This document shows positions 1 to 10,640 of a DNA stretch of 64,000 nt, one piece after another. The stretch is from an uncultured Anaerolineales bacterium. Lineage in GTDB: Bacteria; Chloroflexota; Anaerolineae; B4-G1; SLSP01. Under the pieces are notes generated by a model. That model made no database searches, was not told where the DNA came from, and was given only the letters and a program-made list of their open reading frames with translations. The translations under genes were made by a program, and so were the position numbers. Position 1 is the first letter of the stretch. Each line of letters opens with the position of its first letter. The stretch is taken from NCBI GenBank assembly GCA_964504195.1, contig CAZDDI010000004.1, forward strand, positions 23,328 through 87,327, given 5' to 3'.

Positions 1-2534
1 ATCGTGTAAACCACCGGCCCGCCCGCGTAAGTGGTAGCCGACCCGCCCATACGCAGATGTAGCGCAGAGACATCAATATGGGTGGGTTTAGCCACACTGA
101 AAGGCTCGCTTTGAGCGCTATCCCATATCATGGTATTGGTCAAGACATAGCGGCCCTCAATCACGGAATCTACACGCATGGTCAGAACGATCTGCGCTGC
201 GCCCCCCACAGGTAAAGTCCCGAGCGCCCAGCTCAGTTCCCGCGCACCGGCATCATGGGACGTTGGCGCAGGCGAGGCGGACACAAACGAGAGGAACTCA
301 TCATAATGATCCAAGACCACCACATCATTATAAGCCGTCGTGGCGCGCGTATCCGTCAAGCGAAGCGTATAGGTAAGCAGTTCACCCGGCGCTACATTTG
401 TGACCCAAGGTTGCTTGTCCCCGGCCAGGCCTAAGACTGTAATGCACTGTGCGCCACAGTTGACCGGGGTGGGAATAGGATTATCAGTAAAAATCCGATC
501 ATGGTAATTACGCTCGCCTTCAACAACACCCGCCTTGCTGCTGAATTCCTCGATGGAGACGCGATTGGTGTACATCCCCGGCACAGCGGTCGGCAAAACG
601 CTGATTTGGTACTTTATCTCGTGATATTGCCCTGTGTTTGCCGAACGGGGCAAGCCGTCCAAAGTCCAGCAGATTGTACCGGTGCTTCCTGCAACCGGTG
701 ACGTATAAGCAGGGCAAGGCGCAACCCCACCAACAGCCTCACAGCTGAAAGTAGTTTCGTAAGCAAAGCCGTCAGGAATAGTATCACAAACCCGCAGTCC
801 GTGCGCTGATACGCCAGGAGTAGCACCGCTATTGCGCAGCCGGATCGTCAACAACACCACATCACCAACATTCACCGGCGCCGAGCCGGTGCGAATAGCG
901 GCAAACTGATCATTAACCAAGCGCGGCTGAATGACATTCACCGCGGTTGAGTTCGCCTTGAGTCCTAGATCTGTGTAACTCCCCCCAAGATTTGTGTAAG
1001 TAGAACCCACTGGGGGCGTCCAATGGAGCATCGCACCAGTGAGGCGATTAGTAACAGAACCAGCTTCAATGGTATTTCTAGCCGCGGCCATATCCGCCAA
1101 CGTATCCCAGGTCGGCGTTCCATTGAAGTCTAACCCTGTGTTCAAGGCTACATACTGCACCGTAACTTGACGTAACATCGTTGTTACTGGTAACGTAGCC
1201 ATGTTCACACGTAAGTTTTCCAGATACCGTGCGGCAACGCCAGTCCCAGCAAGTGGCCCTTCCTCAAGCGCGTGCCCTAACAAGGTCGCCCCTTCCACGC
1301 TCAAGGTACCAGAAACGTAATGGAAACCGCGTGACAGCGAGTCCACATACGTGGGTAATTGTAACTCTGTGTTAGGCGCCTGTCGGAAAGTAAGCGTATA
1401 GGTAATGCGGTCGCCCATGGTGACAGCACCGCTCCCGGGGACAGAGGATTTAGCTGTGACAGAAACACCAGGGCGTAGCACTTCAGCTGTACCGGCTGTG
1501 ATATAGCGGCCCATGTACGGAACAACTCCGGGGAAAGTCTCGTGCTCAGCGAAGCCCTGATAGGGGAATTCCTGACCAATCGTGAAGGTGCTGGGCAACG
1601 TCGCTGTCACCACGGCCTGCCAGGTCTGCGGAGCAACCAGGCTCCCCGGCACATTCCAGGTGATGTAAGTCACCTCGCCCACGGTGGTCACTGTTCCCGT
1701 TCCCGCGCCGGCCCCGTTAGAGCCGACATAGGTCAGGCCCGAACCCAACGTCGCGGTGTAGACAATGTCATAAGCTGTCGGGCGGTTAGCTACGCCAGAG
1801 GCCGTGAAGGTTAGCCGCACTTGTCCCCCACCCGCGCCCAACCCGTCGGGATCGAGATAGGTTGCACCATAAGCGGTGTTGACCTGCGGCTGAATCGCGG
1901 GGACTTGCGCAACCGTAGTGTCATTAGAAATAAACGCGAGCGGGGTGCAACCCGGTTCATTGGCGCAGTAACGCAAGATCGCCTGTACTCGCAGGTTAGT
2001 GCCATGATTAATCTCAGTGGTACCAACATAGAAATGCTGGGTACGAACTGCATAAACCACCATTGTTATGATATCAGTGCCTGTGATAGTCCCTTGATCA
2101 GGAAAGATGACCAACGCGCCATCTCGGGCAACCACATTCCCCGGCCCTTCAAGGGTGCGCAGTTCATCTCTAGTACCGGTAGACATCGCGGCCCAACCTG
2201 GTGCGGAACCAATGGGCAGCAAACCGTCTGCCAGCACCACGCGAGGCGACACATCGTAAATTGTCTCTCCAATTGGAACGTTGTATACCACAGTCACAGT
2301 GACAAGCTCACCCGCTACGGCCTGGGCGATGGTATTGTTGGTATCTACAATCGAAGTAACACTGCTTTTTGTAATCGTCGGAGCCAACAACAAAGGGTCA
2401 GCCGCCTGTCCTTGCGCTGTTAAAGCCCCCCAAAAGAATCCAAACAACGCCAACGCGGCTATGACCGCGCTTCCAAAACCGAGCCAGACACGCACGCGGC
2501 GCGGGCTATGATATGTATGTACCTCACTGACCAT
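1..2534 (-). CDS. Large secreted/surface repeat protein (DUF11/Cna-B-like repeats), N-terminal part; gene runs off the left edge (3' end missing)
   Basis: The frame is continuously open on the minus strand from ATG (complement of 2532-2534) to position 1 and is absent from the ORF track only because it is edge-truncated. RBS GGAGG lies 6 nt upstream. N-terminus MVSEVHTYHSPRRVRVWLGFGSAVIAALALFG is signal/TM-like, followed by Thr/Val/Gly-rich beta-repeat sequence. Confidence 0.6.
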   Translation of the reverse strand, partial: MVSEVHTYHSPRRVRVWLGFGSAVIAALALFGFFWGALTAQGQAADPLLLAPTITKSSVTSIVDTNNTIAQAVAGELVTVTVVYNVPIGETIYDVSPRVVLADGLLPIGSAPGWAAMSTGTRDELRTLEGPGNVVARDGALVIFPDQGTITGTDIITMVVYAVRTQHFYVGTTEINHGTNLRVQAILRYCANEPGCTPLAFISNDTTVAQVPAIQPQVNTAYGATYLDPDGLGAGGGQVRLTFTASGVANRPTAYDIVYTATLGSGLTYVGSNGAGAGTGTVTTVGEVTYITWNVPGSLVAPQTWQAVVTATLPSTFTIGQEFPYQGFAEHETFPGVVPYMGRYITAGTAEVLRPGVSVTAKSSVPGSGAVTMGDRITYTLTFRQAPNTELQLPTYVDSLSRGFHYVSGTLSVEGATLLGHALEEGPLAGTGVAARYLENLRVNMATLPVTTMLRQVTVQYVALNTGLDFNGTPTWDTLADMAAARNTIEAGSVTNRLTGAMLHWTPPVGSTYTNLGGSYTDLGLKANSTAVNVIQPRLVNDQFAAIRTGSAPVNVGDVVLLTIRLRNSGATPGVSAHGLRVCDTIPDGFAYETTFSCEAVGGVAPCPAYTSPVAGSTGTICWTLDGLPRSANTGQYHEIKYQISVLPTAVPGMYTNRVSIEEFSSKAGVVEGERNYHDRIFTDNPIPTPVNCGAQCITVLGLAGDKQPWVTNVAPGELLTYTLRLTDTRATTAYNDVVVLDHYDEFLSFVSASPAPTSHDAGARELSWALGTLPVGGAAQIVLTMRVDSVIEGRYVLTNTMIWDSAQSEPFSVAKPTHIDVSALHLRMGGSATTYAGGPVVYT

Positions 2535-2827
2535 TACAACCTCCTTGTGGATTAAAAATTTGTAATCTAAAAGCCGAATGAATATAGAGTGTACGACTAT
2601 CAATTAAGTATAGTTGAAAAATTCTAACTGCCAAGTGCTCTTTTACCGCTAGAGATGCTTATACCTGGCGGGATCAATACAGGCTTTCGCGCGCACATTG
2701 ACTCCCACCTGCACACCGGCTTCCCGCTTGGCCTTTTAAGACCTTTTAGGTATAATACAGCAGTTACGCGGTTGCTGTTTGTGCCACCGGCTCCAAGTGA
2801 ATTTGGCGGCTAAAGCCGCTAAAAAAG

Positions 2828-2872
2828 GAGTGTTTTTCGTGGGCGGGCTATGCCCGCCCACGAAAAACACTC
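2828..2872. other. Perfect 21-bp inverted repeat (hairpin) flanked by A6 runs in a divergent intergenic region
   Basis: gagtgtttttcgtgggcgggc-tat-gcccgcccacgaaaaacactc, flanked by aaaaaag / ttaaaaaa. Confidence 0.6.
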
Positions 2873-3067
2873 TTAAAAAATCACTTTTTGAGCTTACAGA
2901 TCGTTCGATAGAACAAACCGCGTAACTACTGTATAATAGACCTGACGGCATAAAAAGTAACGAGGAAATCCCGATACGCCACACCATGGCTCATGGATAC
3001 CCTCCGCCGTCGACACAAGATAACCCACGTTTTCCGCACAACCATATTCGACCCAGAGGAGTCACGC

Positions 3068-3727
3068 ATGGAAATAACCTGGTATGGTCTGAATTGCTTC
3101 CGCCTTAGCGAGCGGAGCTATCCGACCGTCGTCACCGATCCTTTCGACGAAGAAGAAAGCGGCCTCGCCCTACCCCGCACCCGCGCTGAAATTGTCACCT
3201 CCAGCAGCCTTGCTGATCCCGACCAAACACGCTGGAAGGGCTTGCGCGGCCCATACCGGGTCTTGAGCACCCCTGGCGAATATGAAATCGGCGGGGTCTT
3301 CGTCACCAGCATCGCCACCTTCCGCGACCGCAAAAAGGGCCTCGAACGCGGGCAAAACCTCATTCACGTCATTGAATGCAAAGGCGTCACAGTCTGTCAT
3401 CTGGGCGCATTGGGCCATATTCCCTCACAGTCTCAGGTCGAAGCGATCGGCTCTGTTCACGTTTTGCTGTTGCCGGTCGGTGCGCCCGGCGGGCTAAATC
3501 CCTCGATGGCTTCAGAAATCGTAAGCATGATTGAACCTAACATAGTTGTCCCAATGGATTATCAAATCTCCGGTCTCAAGTTCGAGCGCGAAAGCGTAGA
3601 ACGGTTCCTGAAGGAAATGGGCATCACGAAGAGCGTCCAACAAGACAGCCTCAAGGTGTCTGCCAGCACCAACGCGGAAGAGACCTCAGTTGTTATTCTG
3701 GAACCACAACGCAACGGAAACGGATAA
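3068..3727 (+). CDS. MBL-fold metal-dependent hydrolase (UPF0173-like)
   Basis: MEITWYGLNCFRLSE...GHIP motifs. Internal ATG at 3068 is preceded by GAGGAG; ORF-track ORF 2993-3727. Confidence 0.75.
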   Translation: MEITWYGLNCFRLSERSYPTVVTDPFDEEESGLALPRTRAEIVTSSSLADPDQTRWKGLRGPYRVLSTPGEYEIGGVFVTSIATFRDRKKGLERGQNLIHVIECKGVTVCHLGALGHIPSQSQVEAIGSVHVLLLPVGAPGGLNPSMASEIVSMIEPNIVVPMDYQISGLKFERESVERFLKEMGITKSVQQDSLKVSASTNAEETSVVILEPQRNGNG

Positions 3728-3738
3728 GGAGGCAAATT

Positions 3739-4509
3739 ATGCGCCGGATAATGTGTTATCTCGTGGCAGTTATGTGTCTGGCTATGCTCCTGGGCGGTTG
3801 TGGCCCCACCACCCCGCCTGCCGACATCAGCGCTGTCGAGGCCGCCCTCGCTGCCAAGAATTATGATCAAGCGGCGTTGCTATTGGAGACCATCATCGCC
3901 GCTGAACCCAACCACGCCGAAGCCCACTTCTTGCTCGGCCTGGCGAACTTTAACCTGGGCCGCCACGCCCAAGCGCAAACAGCATTCCGGCGCTCGCTGG
4001 AACTCGATGATGAGCGTGCCGCTGCAATCCATCACAATCTGGGCGCGCTGGCCTACCAGATCAACGATTACGAGACGGCTGTCGCCGAATTTACCGCCGC
4101 GTTACAGTTCGAGCCGAACGATCCCGACACCCACTACCAGCTCGGCGCGGCTTATTTGATCCTCGCTATTCCAGAAAACAGCTTCTTCCCGGACGAGGCC
4201 CTGCTCCTGCAAGCACAAGAGGAATTCGAGACCGCGCTCCATCTCGCGCCAAGCAAACCCGAAGCACTGGTAGGCCTCGGCAATGTTTACCTGCTCCAGA
4301 ATCGCCTCCCAGATGCTATCGCCATCCTTGAGCAAGCCGCCGCAGAAAACCCCTCCATGCTAGAAGCATTGTTTGGACTGGGGCGCGCTTACGCTATCGC
4401 CGGGAACAATGCCGCCGCACAAGAAACGCTACAAGCCTTCTTAGCGCTCAATCCGCCGGAAGTTTGGGCTGAGCAGGCCCGTGAAATTCTAACTATGCTC
4501 GGCCCCTGA
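3739..4509 (+). CDS. TPR-repeat lipoprotein
   Basis: RBS AAGGAGG; lipobox LLGGC; multiple 34-aa TPR-like repeats (AEAHFLLGLANFNLGRHAQA...). Confidence 0.8.
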   Translation: MRRIMCYLVAVMCLAMLLGGCGPTTPPADISAVEAALAAKNYDQAALLLETIIAAEPNHAEAHFLLGLANFNLGRHAQAQTAFRRSLELDDERAAAIHHNLGALAYQINDYETAVAEFTAALQFEPNDPDTHYQLGAAYLILAIPENSFFPDEALLLQAQEEFETALHLAPSKPEALVGLGNVYLLQNRLPDAIAILEQAAAENPSMLEALFGLGRAYAIAGNNAAAQETLQAFLALNPPEVWAEQAREILTMLGP

Positions 4510-4534
4510 GCCAAAACAAAGGGGTACAACTATC

Positions 4535-4840
4535 ATGTCATCAGTTAAACTGATTATGCAATGGAATATCCGAGCTGGGCGAGAAGAGAGCTACTTCGAG
4601 TTCATTACACAGCAGTTCCCCGCACAGCTGATGAAATCCGGCGTTCAACTCAGCGATGCCTGGTACACGCTCTATGGGGACTGGCCGCAGGTGATGATGG
4701 GGTTTGTCGTAGAAGACCTGGATACCCTACAAGAATTCTTAAAATCCGAAACCTGGACGCAGTTACTGGGCCGCCTGCGCTTCTACATTAGTGACTACCA
4801 CCACAAGGCTGTCCCCGCCCGCAACCGTTTTCAGATGTAG
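4535..4840 (+). CDS. Hypothetical small protein (101 aa)
   Basis: Complete ORF with RBS; no recognisable family. Confidence 0.5.
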   Translation: MSSVKLIMQWNIRAGREESYFEFITQQFPAQLMKSGVQLSDAWYTLYGDWPQVMMGFVVEDLDTLQEFLKSETWTQLLGRLRFYISDYHHKAVPARNRFQM

Positions 4841-4902
4841 CGTTCCACTAAATAGAACGCTCGGTCAGGGATCTGGCGATCCCCTTGGCGCATTTCGGGT
4901 TA

Positions 4903-7089
4903 TCATAAATCGAGCGGCAGCGGAATCTGCACGCGCTCTTGCTCCACGATGGGATCTAAACCCAGGTAGACTTCCAGATCTCCAGCGCTCTTGATTTCGC
5001 TAACGATGCGCCGCAGGTGCCGAAACTTGATGAACCCCCAATGATCGCGAGCGATTATAGTTTGCACACGCGGGTCACGCTGCAATTTGAAGCTCATCAA
5101 CCCCGCGCGACTGCCCGGCAGCACCAGACACGCGCGCCCTGGCAGCCGCGCCGCCAACAGCGGCGCAAGCAAGGCCGTCGCAGTCAGATGAAAGCGGTAA
5201 CGAGGCGCGCCGTCACTGCCCAGCCACACACAAGCCCCCAACACATCCACAGCAACGCCGAAGCCCAAACGTGCGCCCAACGCCGCCAGATCATCCGCAT
5301 AACGCGCCAGCTCCGCGCTGCGCGCGGCATACACATCAGCGGCCCGCAGCTGCACACCCCCCTCGATAACGGGACTGGTGTACGATGCCAGACACGCATC
5401 CACCAAAGCAGGCGCTGGCGAGAGGCCGGCGCTGAACTCTGTATAGAGCGCCGTTAGCAAGGCGTGCAGCTCCCAGGTGGTGCGCGACCGCAACCGCTGG
5501 AGCAAGAAAGTCTCCACCCGATCGGCGAGCGGGCGGGCGTCCACGTCCGGAACGGTCAACCACCAGCGCCCCCCACCCACCTGTGTAAAGCCCTCAGCGC
5601 TGAGTTGCTTAGCGATCTCCGCTTGCGCCGGGTCGGCGATCACGGCTACGGCCTGCAATAGCGTTTCAGACGTCGGCTCGGCGCGTTGGCGGAGCGTCGC
5701 TGCCACCTGCGCTGCCGCATCCCGCGCGGGCAAGGCCGGGCCAAGGAGCAAGCGATAACCGTCCGCCTCAGCAGAAAACCAGCGCTGTACGCCGAGTTGC
5801 GCATCACGGGCAGCCCCAACGAGTGTCGCCAACGGCACCGGATCGGCACGCGGCAAAAGTGCGAGTAGTGGCGCACCTGGACACAACAAACGCGCGCCCA
5901 GCTGTAACGCGCCGCGCAAGCGCCCACGATACCAGTCCCAATCCAGACGCCGCCGCCCCAGGAAGGGGCGCAGTTGCGGGTAGGATTCTTGCCCCCAGAG
6001 CCATGTCGCCCACAACGCTGAGAACGCCCAGTAAAGCGCATCGGGCGCGGCAGGTTGGATCACCAGCGCCGCAGCTGATCCCGACGGCAGAATACGCGCC
6101 AACGATTGCAAAGAGCGGGACAGGAGCAAGTAACCCGGGTCGCGGCTTGCCAGCAATGCTGGCAACGATTCAGCTTGCAGATCGGCCATATCACTGGGGC
6201 AATAGGCGGCGGTGTACATTGCGAGCGCTGTTTCCAAGAGCGCCCAAAGGTTGTGCTCGACAAAGCGAGCGGGCTGCTTGAAGCTACGTGGGCGGGCAAG
6301 AGATTCACCGGGCGCAGACAGCCCTACGCCGAAGTCGAGCGCTTCGAGTAGCAACGCGGTCAGGCCCCGGCGCAAGCGCGGCGTGGGCGCAGCTTGCGGC
6401 AGGCGATGCAACAAGTCTGTAAATACGGTCAATGCACGGGGTGGATAGAGTGCCACCAGTTCGGCGGCGCGTTCGCGGAGCGGGTCCTCAGCAGCGGCGG
6501 CCCGCCCCACAGCCAAGTGATAAGCCGGCCCGCTGCGCGGCGGGAACGCGGCAAGCAACGCCAGATCATCCGCATCCACCGGCCCTTCCTGGGGCACGGC
6601 ACAGCGCGTGCAACGCACACGCTTAGCAAAGGGACGTTGCACATCACGCTCCCAGACAAACCAGATCGCCTCGCCCAGCGCCGAACAAGTAGGACACCGC
6701 GAACGGTAGAGCTCGCGGATGTGCAAATAAAGCGGGCGGCCCGATTTAGGGAGATCGCCCAAATGCGTGAGCGCAGTGCGCAGTTCAGCCGGGGTGGGCG
6801 GATCAAGCGCCAGCGCAGCGCTCAACAGGGGCAGGGGATTCACATTCAGGGCGATGACACGCCGACCTTCTTGCAAGGCTTCACGGATGTAGGTCGGCCC
6901 TAAGCAAGCGACCTCGATGATAAGATCGCCGGGTTGCGTAGCCGCAGCAAGCAACGGCCCTAAACAACCGCTTATTTGTGAGTTGCGGTAGCGCGCCAGA
7001 GGCAGCCCCGGCGCGACAAGTGTCCCCGGCAACAATGTAAGAGCCTGAGCACTGACAGACACGACTCCTCCAAGTCTGGTGATTAGCAA
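4903..7089 (-). CDS. Hypothetical 728-aa protein with CxxC...CxxC zinc ribbon; N-terminus weakly methyltransferase-like (LDPPTP)
   Basis: Long ORF; CPTC-x26-CTRC; no confident family assignment. Confidence 0.55.
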   Translation of the reverse strand: MLITRLGGVVSVSAQALTLLPGTLVAPGLPLARYRNSQISGCLGPLLAAATQPGDLIIEVACLGPTYIREALQEGRRVIALNVNPLPLLSAALALDPPTPAELRTALTHLGDLPKSGRPLYLHIRELYRSRCPTCSALGEAIWFVWERDVQRPFAKRVRCTRCAVPQEGPVDADDLALLAAFPPRSGPAYHLAVGRAAAAEDPLRERAAELVALYPPRALTVFTDLLHRLPQAAPTPRLRRGLTALLLEALDFGVGLSAPGESLARPRSFKQPARFVEHNLWALLETALAMYTAAYCPSDMADLQAESLPALLASRDPGYLLLSRSLQSLARILPSGSAAALVIQPAAPDALYWAFSALWATWLWGQESYPQLRPFLGRRRLDWDWYRGRLRGALQLGARLLCPGAPLLALLPRADPVPLATLVGAARDAQLGVQRWFSAEADGYRLLLGPALPARDAAAQVAATLRQRAEPTSETLLQAVAVIADPAQAEIAKQLSAEGFTQVGGGRWWLTVPDVDARPLADRVETFLLQRLRSRTTWELHALLTALYTEFSAGLSPAPALVDACLASYTSPVIEGGVQLRAADVYAARSAELARYADDLAALGARLGFGVAVDVLGACVWLGSDGAPRYRFHLTATALLAPLLAARLPGRACLVLPGSRAGLMSFKLQRDPRVQTIIARDHWGFIKFRHLRRIVSEIKSAGDLEVYLGLDPIVEQERVQIPLPLDL

Positions 7090-7310
7090 ACCAATGGCAT
7101 TAAGTTTAGCCTACAGACCTTGCTCCCGCTGGACGGCGTCCCGTGAAGCAAAGCGCAATGGGATTGCTAAATCCAGCGGTTTACCAGATACCCCTGAGGG
7201 CAGAAGCGTAGATTTGACAATCCACGCCGAGCAAGGTGGACGGTTTTAATTCTTGGAACGGCCTTAGCTTAATGACATTGATTACAATCAGCTCATGCTG
7301 CTATAAAAAA

Positions 7311-8910
7311 TTACGGCGTTTGGAATTCCGGCGGGCCGAGGCGGGTGAGACAGCGCGGATCGGGCTGAGTGCGCGGGTTGTTGAGGAAATCGGCGATGAC
7401 CGCCTGCCCGCATTCCGTATCTACCACGCCATGCCCCACGCCGGGGAACTCGAAGTAGAAGCTGGCGCTCAGGTAGCGCGCGGCACTCTGCGCCCAGGCC
7501 GGGGGCGTGATGGGGTCATAATCGCCCGCCAGCACCAACGCGGGGATGGCGCTCCGCACCGGCTCGGTCTCTAACGCCGGGGCGCGGCCCACGTTCCAAA
7601 TCGCGCAAATCTCAAACACCGAATTGGTATCCGGCATCAGGTAAGGGATGAGCGGCGAGGAGCTGGTCACCGCCAAGTCCGCCGCCTCGGACACACTGTT
7701 GAAGGGTACTTCCTCGTAACACTCGACCGAGTAGAAATGCCCTTCGCTATCGGTCAGGTCTTCATCATCATCCTGGCGCAGCCACGCCCGGCGGCTGAAG
7801 TCCGGGCCTTCCTCGCCGCCCAGCAGCAAAATCCAGGCTTCCTCGTAGTTGCCCTGTGCCAGCTGATCTATCGCGTAGGGAAGCCAGGGAATCGTGGCGG
7901 TGTCATACAGCGATTGGAAGATCGCCCCGGCCAACTCCACGCCGTCGAGGGTAACATCCTCTTCGTCCTCCGTCCAGGGATCAACGAAGGTGAATTCCAC
8001 CGGGTCGGCCTGGAGATCATCAAGCAGGGCGTAGAGGGTCTGGTCGAGGTCGGGGAACGCGCGCCGGCAGGCCGCGTCCGCCGCACATCCGGCGAAGACC
8101 ATCTCGAAGGCGCGCACGCCGTTGAGGGGTTCTTCTTCGTAGGCGTCTACCTCCGGCGGATAGACCGAATCGAGGATGACGCTGCGGATGCCCTGGGGGT
8201 AGTCGCGCATAGCGGTGAGGGCCAGCCGCGTGCCGTAGGAAACGCCGAGCAGGTTCCACTCGCTGTAGCCCAATGCCTGGCGGAGCAGGTGCAAATCGGC
8301 GGCGCTGGCGGCGCTGTTGTATTGCGCAAGATCAATGCCCTCATCAATCAGCCGCTCGTAGCACGCCTGGGCTGCAACCACGTCCTCATCGTCACCATAT
8401 TCCAGCTCGATGCAGTTGAGGCTCGGCTCTGACCAGCCCGTGCCGCGTTGATCGAAGAGGATGAGGTCGCGGTCGGCCAGGAAAGGCTGCTCTAGCCAGC
8501 TTTCCACATCATCGGTGGCGCTGCCGCCAGGGCCGCCCGCCAGATAGACAACAGGATCGGCAAAGCGTGCGCCGCCAGGGCTGCGGATGATGGTGACGGC
8601 CAGGTAGACGAGATTGCCATCGGGGGCGCTGTAGTTTTCGGGGACAACAACATAGCCGCATTCCAGGTCTACGTCGTACTCATCCTCGTACTCGCACTCG
8701 GCCGGCTCGAAGACGCCGATTTCGCCTGCTACGAGTTCGCCATCATCGTCGTCCGTGTCGTCCCACACGTCCGCATCGTCGTCGTAATACTCATAATCGT
8801 CTTCAACGGTTACATCTTCCTCAAATAGAAATTCCAGAAAGCCACAACTCAATGAAGAAAACAACAAGACCACAATCAAGACCCAACGCGTAAGTTTGAG
8901 TATCATCATA
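7311..8910 (-). CDS. Secreted alpha/beta-hydrolase, S33 prolyl/tripeptidyl aminopeptidase-like lipoprotein with acidic N-terminal linker
   Basis: Start MMILKLTRWV with RBS GGAGGG; lipobox SLSCG; GVSYG nucleophile elbow; Asp/Glu-rich linker. ORF-track ORF extends to 9089, but the internal start is preferred. Confidence 0.75.
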
Positions 8911-8939
8911 ACCCTCCGGTGCAAGTTTGCGAAAAAGCG

Positions 8940-9080
8940 AAAAGGCGAGAAGAACCTATCCAAAAACTCATAAAGGCAGTGGTTGAGCCTATCGAAACCA
9001 CCACCGGGCTGCGGCAGGCTCAGCCACCGGGCTGCGGCAGGCGGTGGGTAAGCCTGTCGAACCCCACTACCGACGAAGTT
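8940..9080. repeat. Tandem direct repeats (caccgggctgcggcaggc x2 and gcctatcgaaacc / gcctgtcgaacc) in hydrolase upstream region
   Basis: Seen directly in the sequence between the LysM gene stop and the hydrolase start. Confidence 0.5.
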
Positions 9081-9092
9081 CAAAGTCATGCA

Positions 9093-10160
9093 TCAGTTGA
9101 GCGGCTTACCAAAAACAGCAATAAAGTAGTAGCCCCAACTGGTTTTGACGACCCCCACCCCGATATCGGACAGCCAGGTGGTGAGCAAGGTGCGCCGGTG
9201 CGGATCGTTGGGCGGTATCTCGTCCATCCAAATATCTACCGCGCCTTGCGGGGTGAGGCGTTGCGCCCAGCACTCGGCCCACGATGACGGTTGATAGCCA
9301 GTGCGCAAGACACGCACCTTGATGTCCGAACCATCTGAGCCGGTATGGCTGCACCAGCCGCGCTGCATACAATCGTTGGCCTGCGCCTGCGCAGCAACGG
9401 CCAGGAGCTCATTATACACCAAGGGCGGTAATCCGTGCGCGGCGCGCACTTCATTAATGATGCGCGCGGTTTCGTAGGGCCAATCTGCTGCATCGGCGGG
9501 GGGCGGCGCGGGCGCGATGGTGACAGGGGCTACGGTGGGGCGCGGGGTTGCGGCGGCGACAGACACCTGGGTCGGCGCAGGCGTAGGCACCAGCGGCTCT
9601 GCTGCAGGCCGCGCTTCGGTGTAGTTGCGCAGCGGGATCACCAACGGTTGGCCCACCGTTATCATATCCGCATCGGTCAAACCGTTAGCCGCCCGCAAGT
9701 CCGGCAGTGTCACCCCGTAGCGCTGCGCGATCCCGCTGAGCGTTTCCCCGGCGGAGACGATATGCACGATCCAGAAGGGCGACGCGCCCTGCCAGGCAGC
9801 GGCGGGCGGAATTTCGAGCGTTTGCCCCACCCGCACGGTCTGGCTGCTCCCCATATTGTTTTGCAATTGGATCGCCGCCATCGGCACGCCGTACTGCATC
9901 GCCAGGCCTAACAGCGTGTCGCCGGCCTGCACGGTATGCGTGACCGGGGCGGACGTGGGGGGCGCAACGGTCGCACCCGGCACGACCTCGCCCGGTGGCG
10001 TGTCCGTAAGCGCGGGCGGCGGCGCATCGCCCGGCAACGCGGTAGGCGTGACCAGGATGATCGGTGGGTACGGCGTCGCTGTGGGCGGCACAGGCGTCTC
10101 CTTGCCGAGGCATCCGGTCAACAAAAACAACAGCCATAAACAGGTGAGTATGCGCTTCAT
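9093..10160 (-). CDS. LysM-domain + CAP/SCP (PR-1-like) domain lipoprotein
   Basis: MKRILTCLWLLFLLTGC lipobox; two LysM-like segments (HTVQAGDTLLGLA..., HIVSAGETLSGIAQRYG); C-terminal CAP-like region. Confidence 0.75.
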   Translation of the reverse strand: MKRILTCLWLLFLLTGCLGKETPVPPTATPYPPIILVTPTALPGDAPPPALTDTPPGEVVPGATVAPPTSAPVTHTVQAGDTLLGLAMQYGVPMAAIQLQNNMGSSQTVRVGQTLEIPPAAAWQGASPFWIVHIVSAGETLSGIAQRYGVTLPDLRAANGLTDADMITVGQPLVIPLRNYTEARPAAEPLVPTPAPTQVSVAAATPRPTVAPVTIAPAPPPADAADWPYETARIINEVRAAHGLPPLVYNELLAVAAQAQANDCMQRGWCSHTGSDGSDIKVRVLRTGYQPSSWAECWAQRLTPQGAVDIWMDEIPPNDPHRRTLLTTWLSDIGVGVVKTSWGYYFIAVFGKPLN

Positions 10161-10293
10161 GGGGATAAGATACCACAAAAACGTGAAACGTGAAGAAGGC
10201 GTGCGGTGTGGTGGAAAAGGTTATAGTTGCGTTAAGATTTCTCGTGGTTGACTGGATGAGTGTATGGTAATATTGCTTTGAGCAGCCCCGCCG

Positions 10294-10640
10294 GTGAAGC
10301 GATGCGAGCGGGCAGGTGTTGGGCACGCGGGAGTACGACCCGTATGGCGCGATTATTCAGCAGCAGGGAGTCAGCCCCTCTCCGTTAGGCTTCGCGGGCG
10401 AGCCTGTCCTGAGTCTGCGAAGGATGGCACGATAGCGCAACGGGACTACAATATCTGCGCGCGGTGGGCCATCCTCGAATCCATCACGAATACACGAATG
10501 TCTGTCGGGACAATTCGTGTATTCGTGTGTCATTCGTGGACGGCGGGCGACGCAGCCCGTGTCTGCACGGCCCCTACCAGTACGCGCTCAACAATCCGCG
10601 GCGATATACCGATCCGAGCGGGGAATCGGTGCTGGTGGTG
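10294..10640 (+). pseudogene. Degenerate RHS/YD-repeat core C-terminal remnant (frameshifted, interrupted by a MITE-like insertion)
   Basis: Across frames: REYDPYG, PLGFAGE, HDSATGLQYLRA, then after ~100-bp insertion PYQYALNNPRRYTDPSGE. This matches the RHS consensus ...FaGqyyDaeTGLyYlRaRYYDP...YxYaxnNPvxyxDPxGL. Confidence 0.5.
10463..10563. mobile_element. MITE-like repeat copy A (ACACGAAT / ATTCGTGT hairpin + ATTCGTGGACGGC..GCCCG), inserted in the RHS remnant
   Basis: Near-identical to 52935-53010; internal inverted repeats. Confidence 0.55.

Noticed and set aside
9685-10326. 213-aa minus ORF and + strand ORFs 9435-9911, 9856-10251
   Set aside because: They overlap the LysM/CAP lipoprotein gene in other frames and have no motifs.
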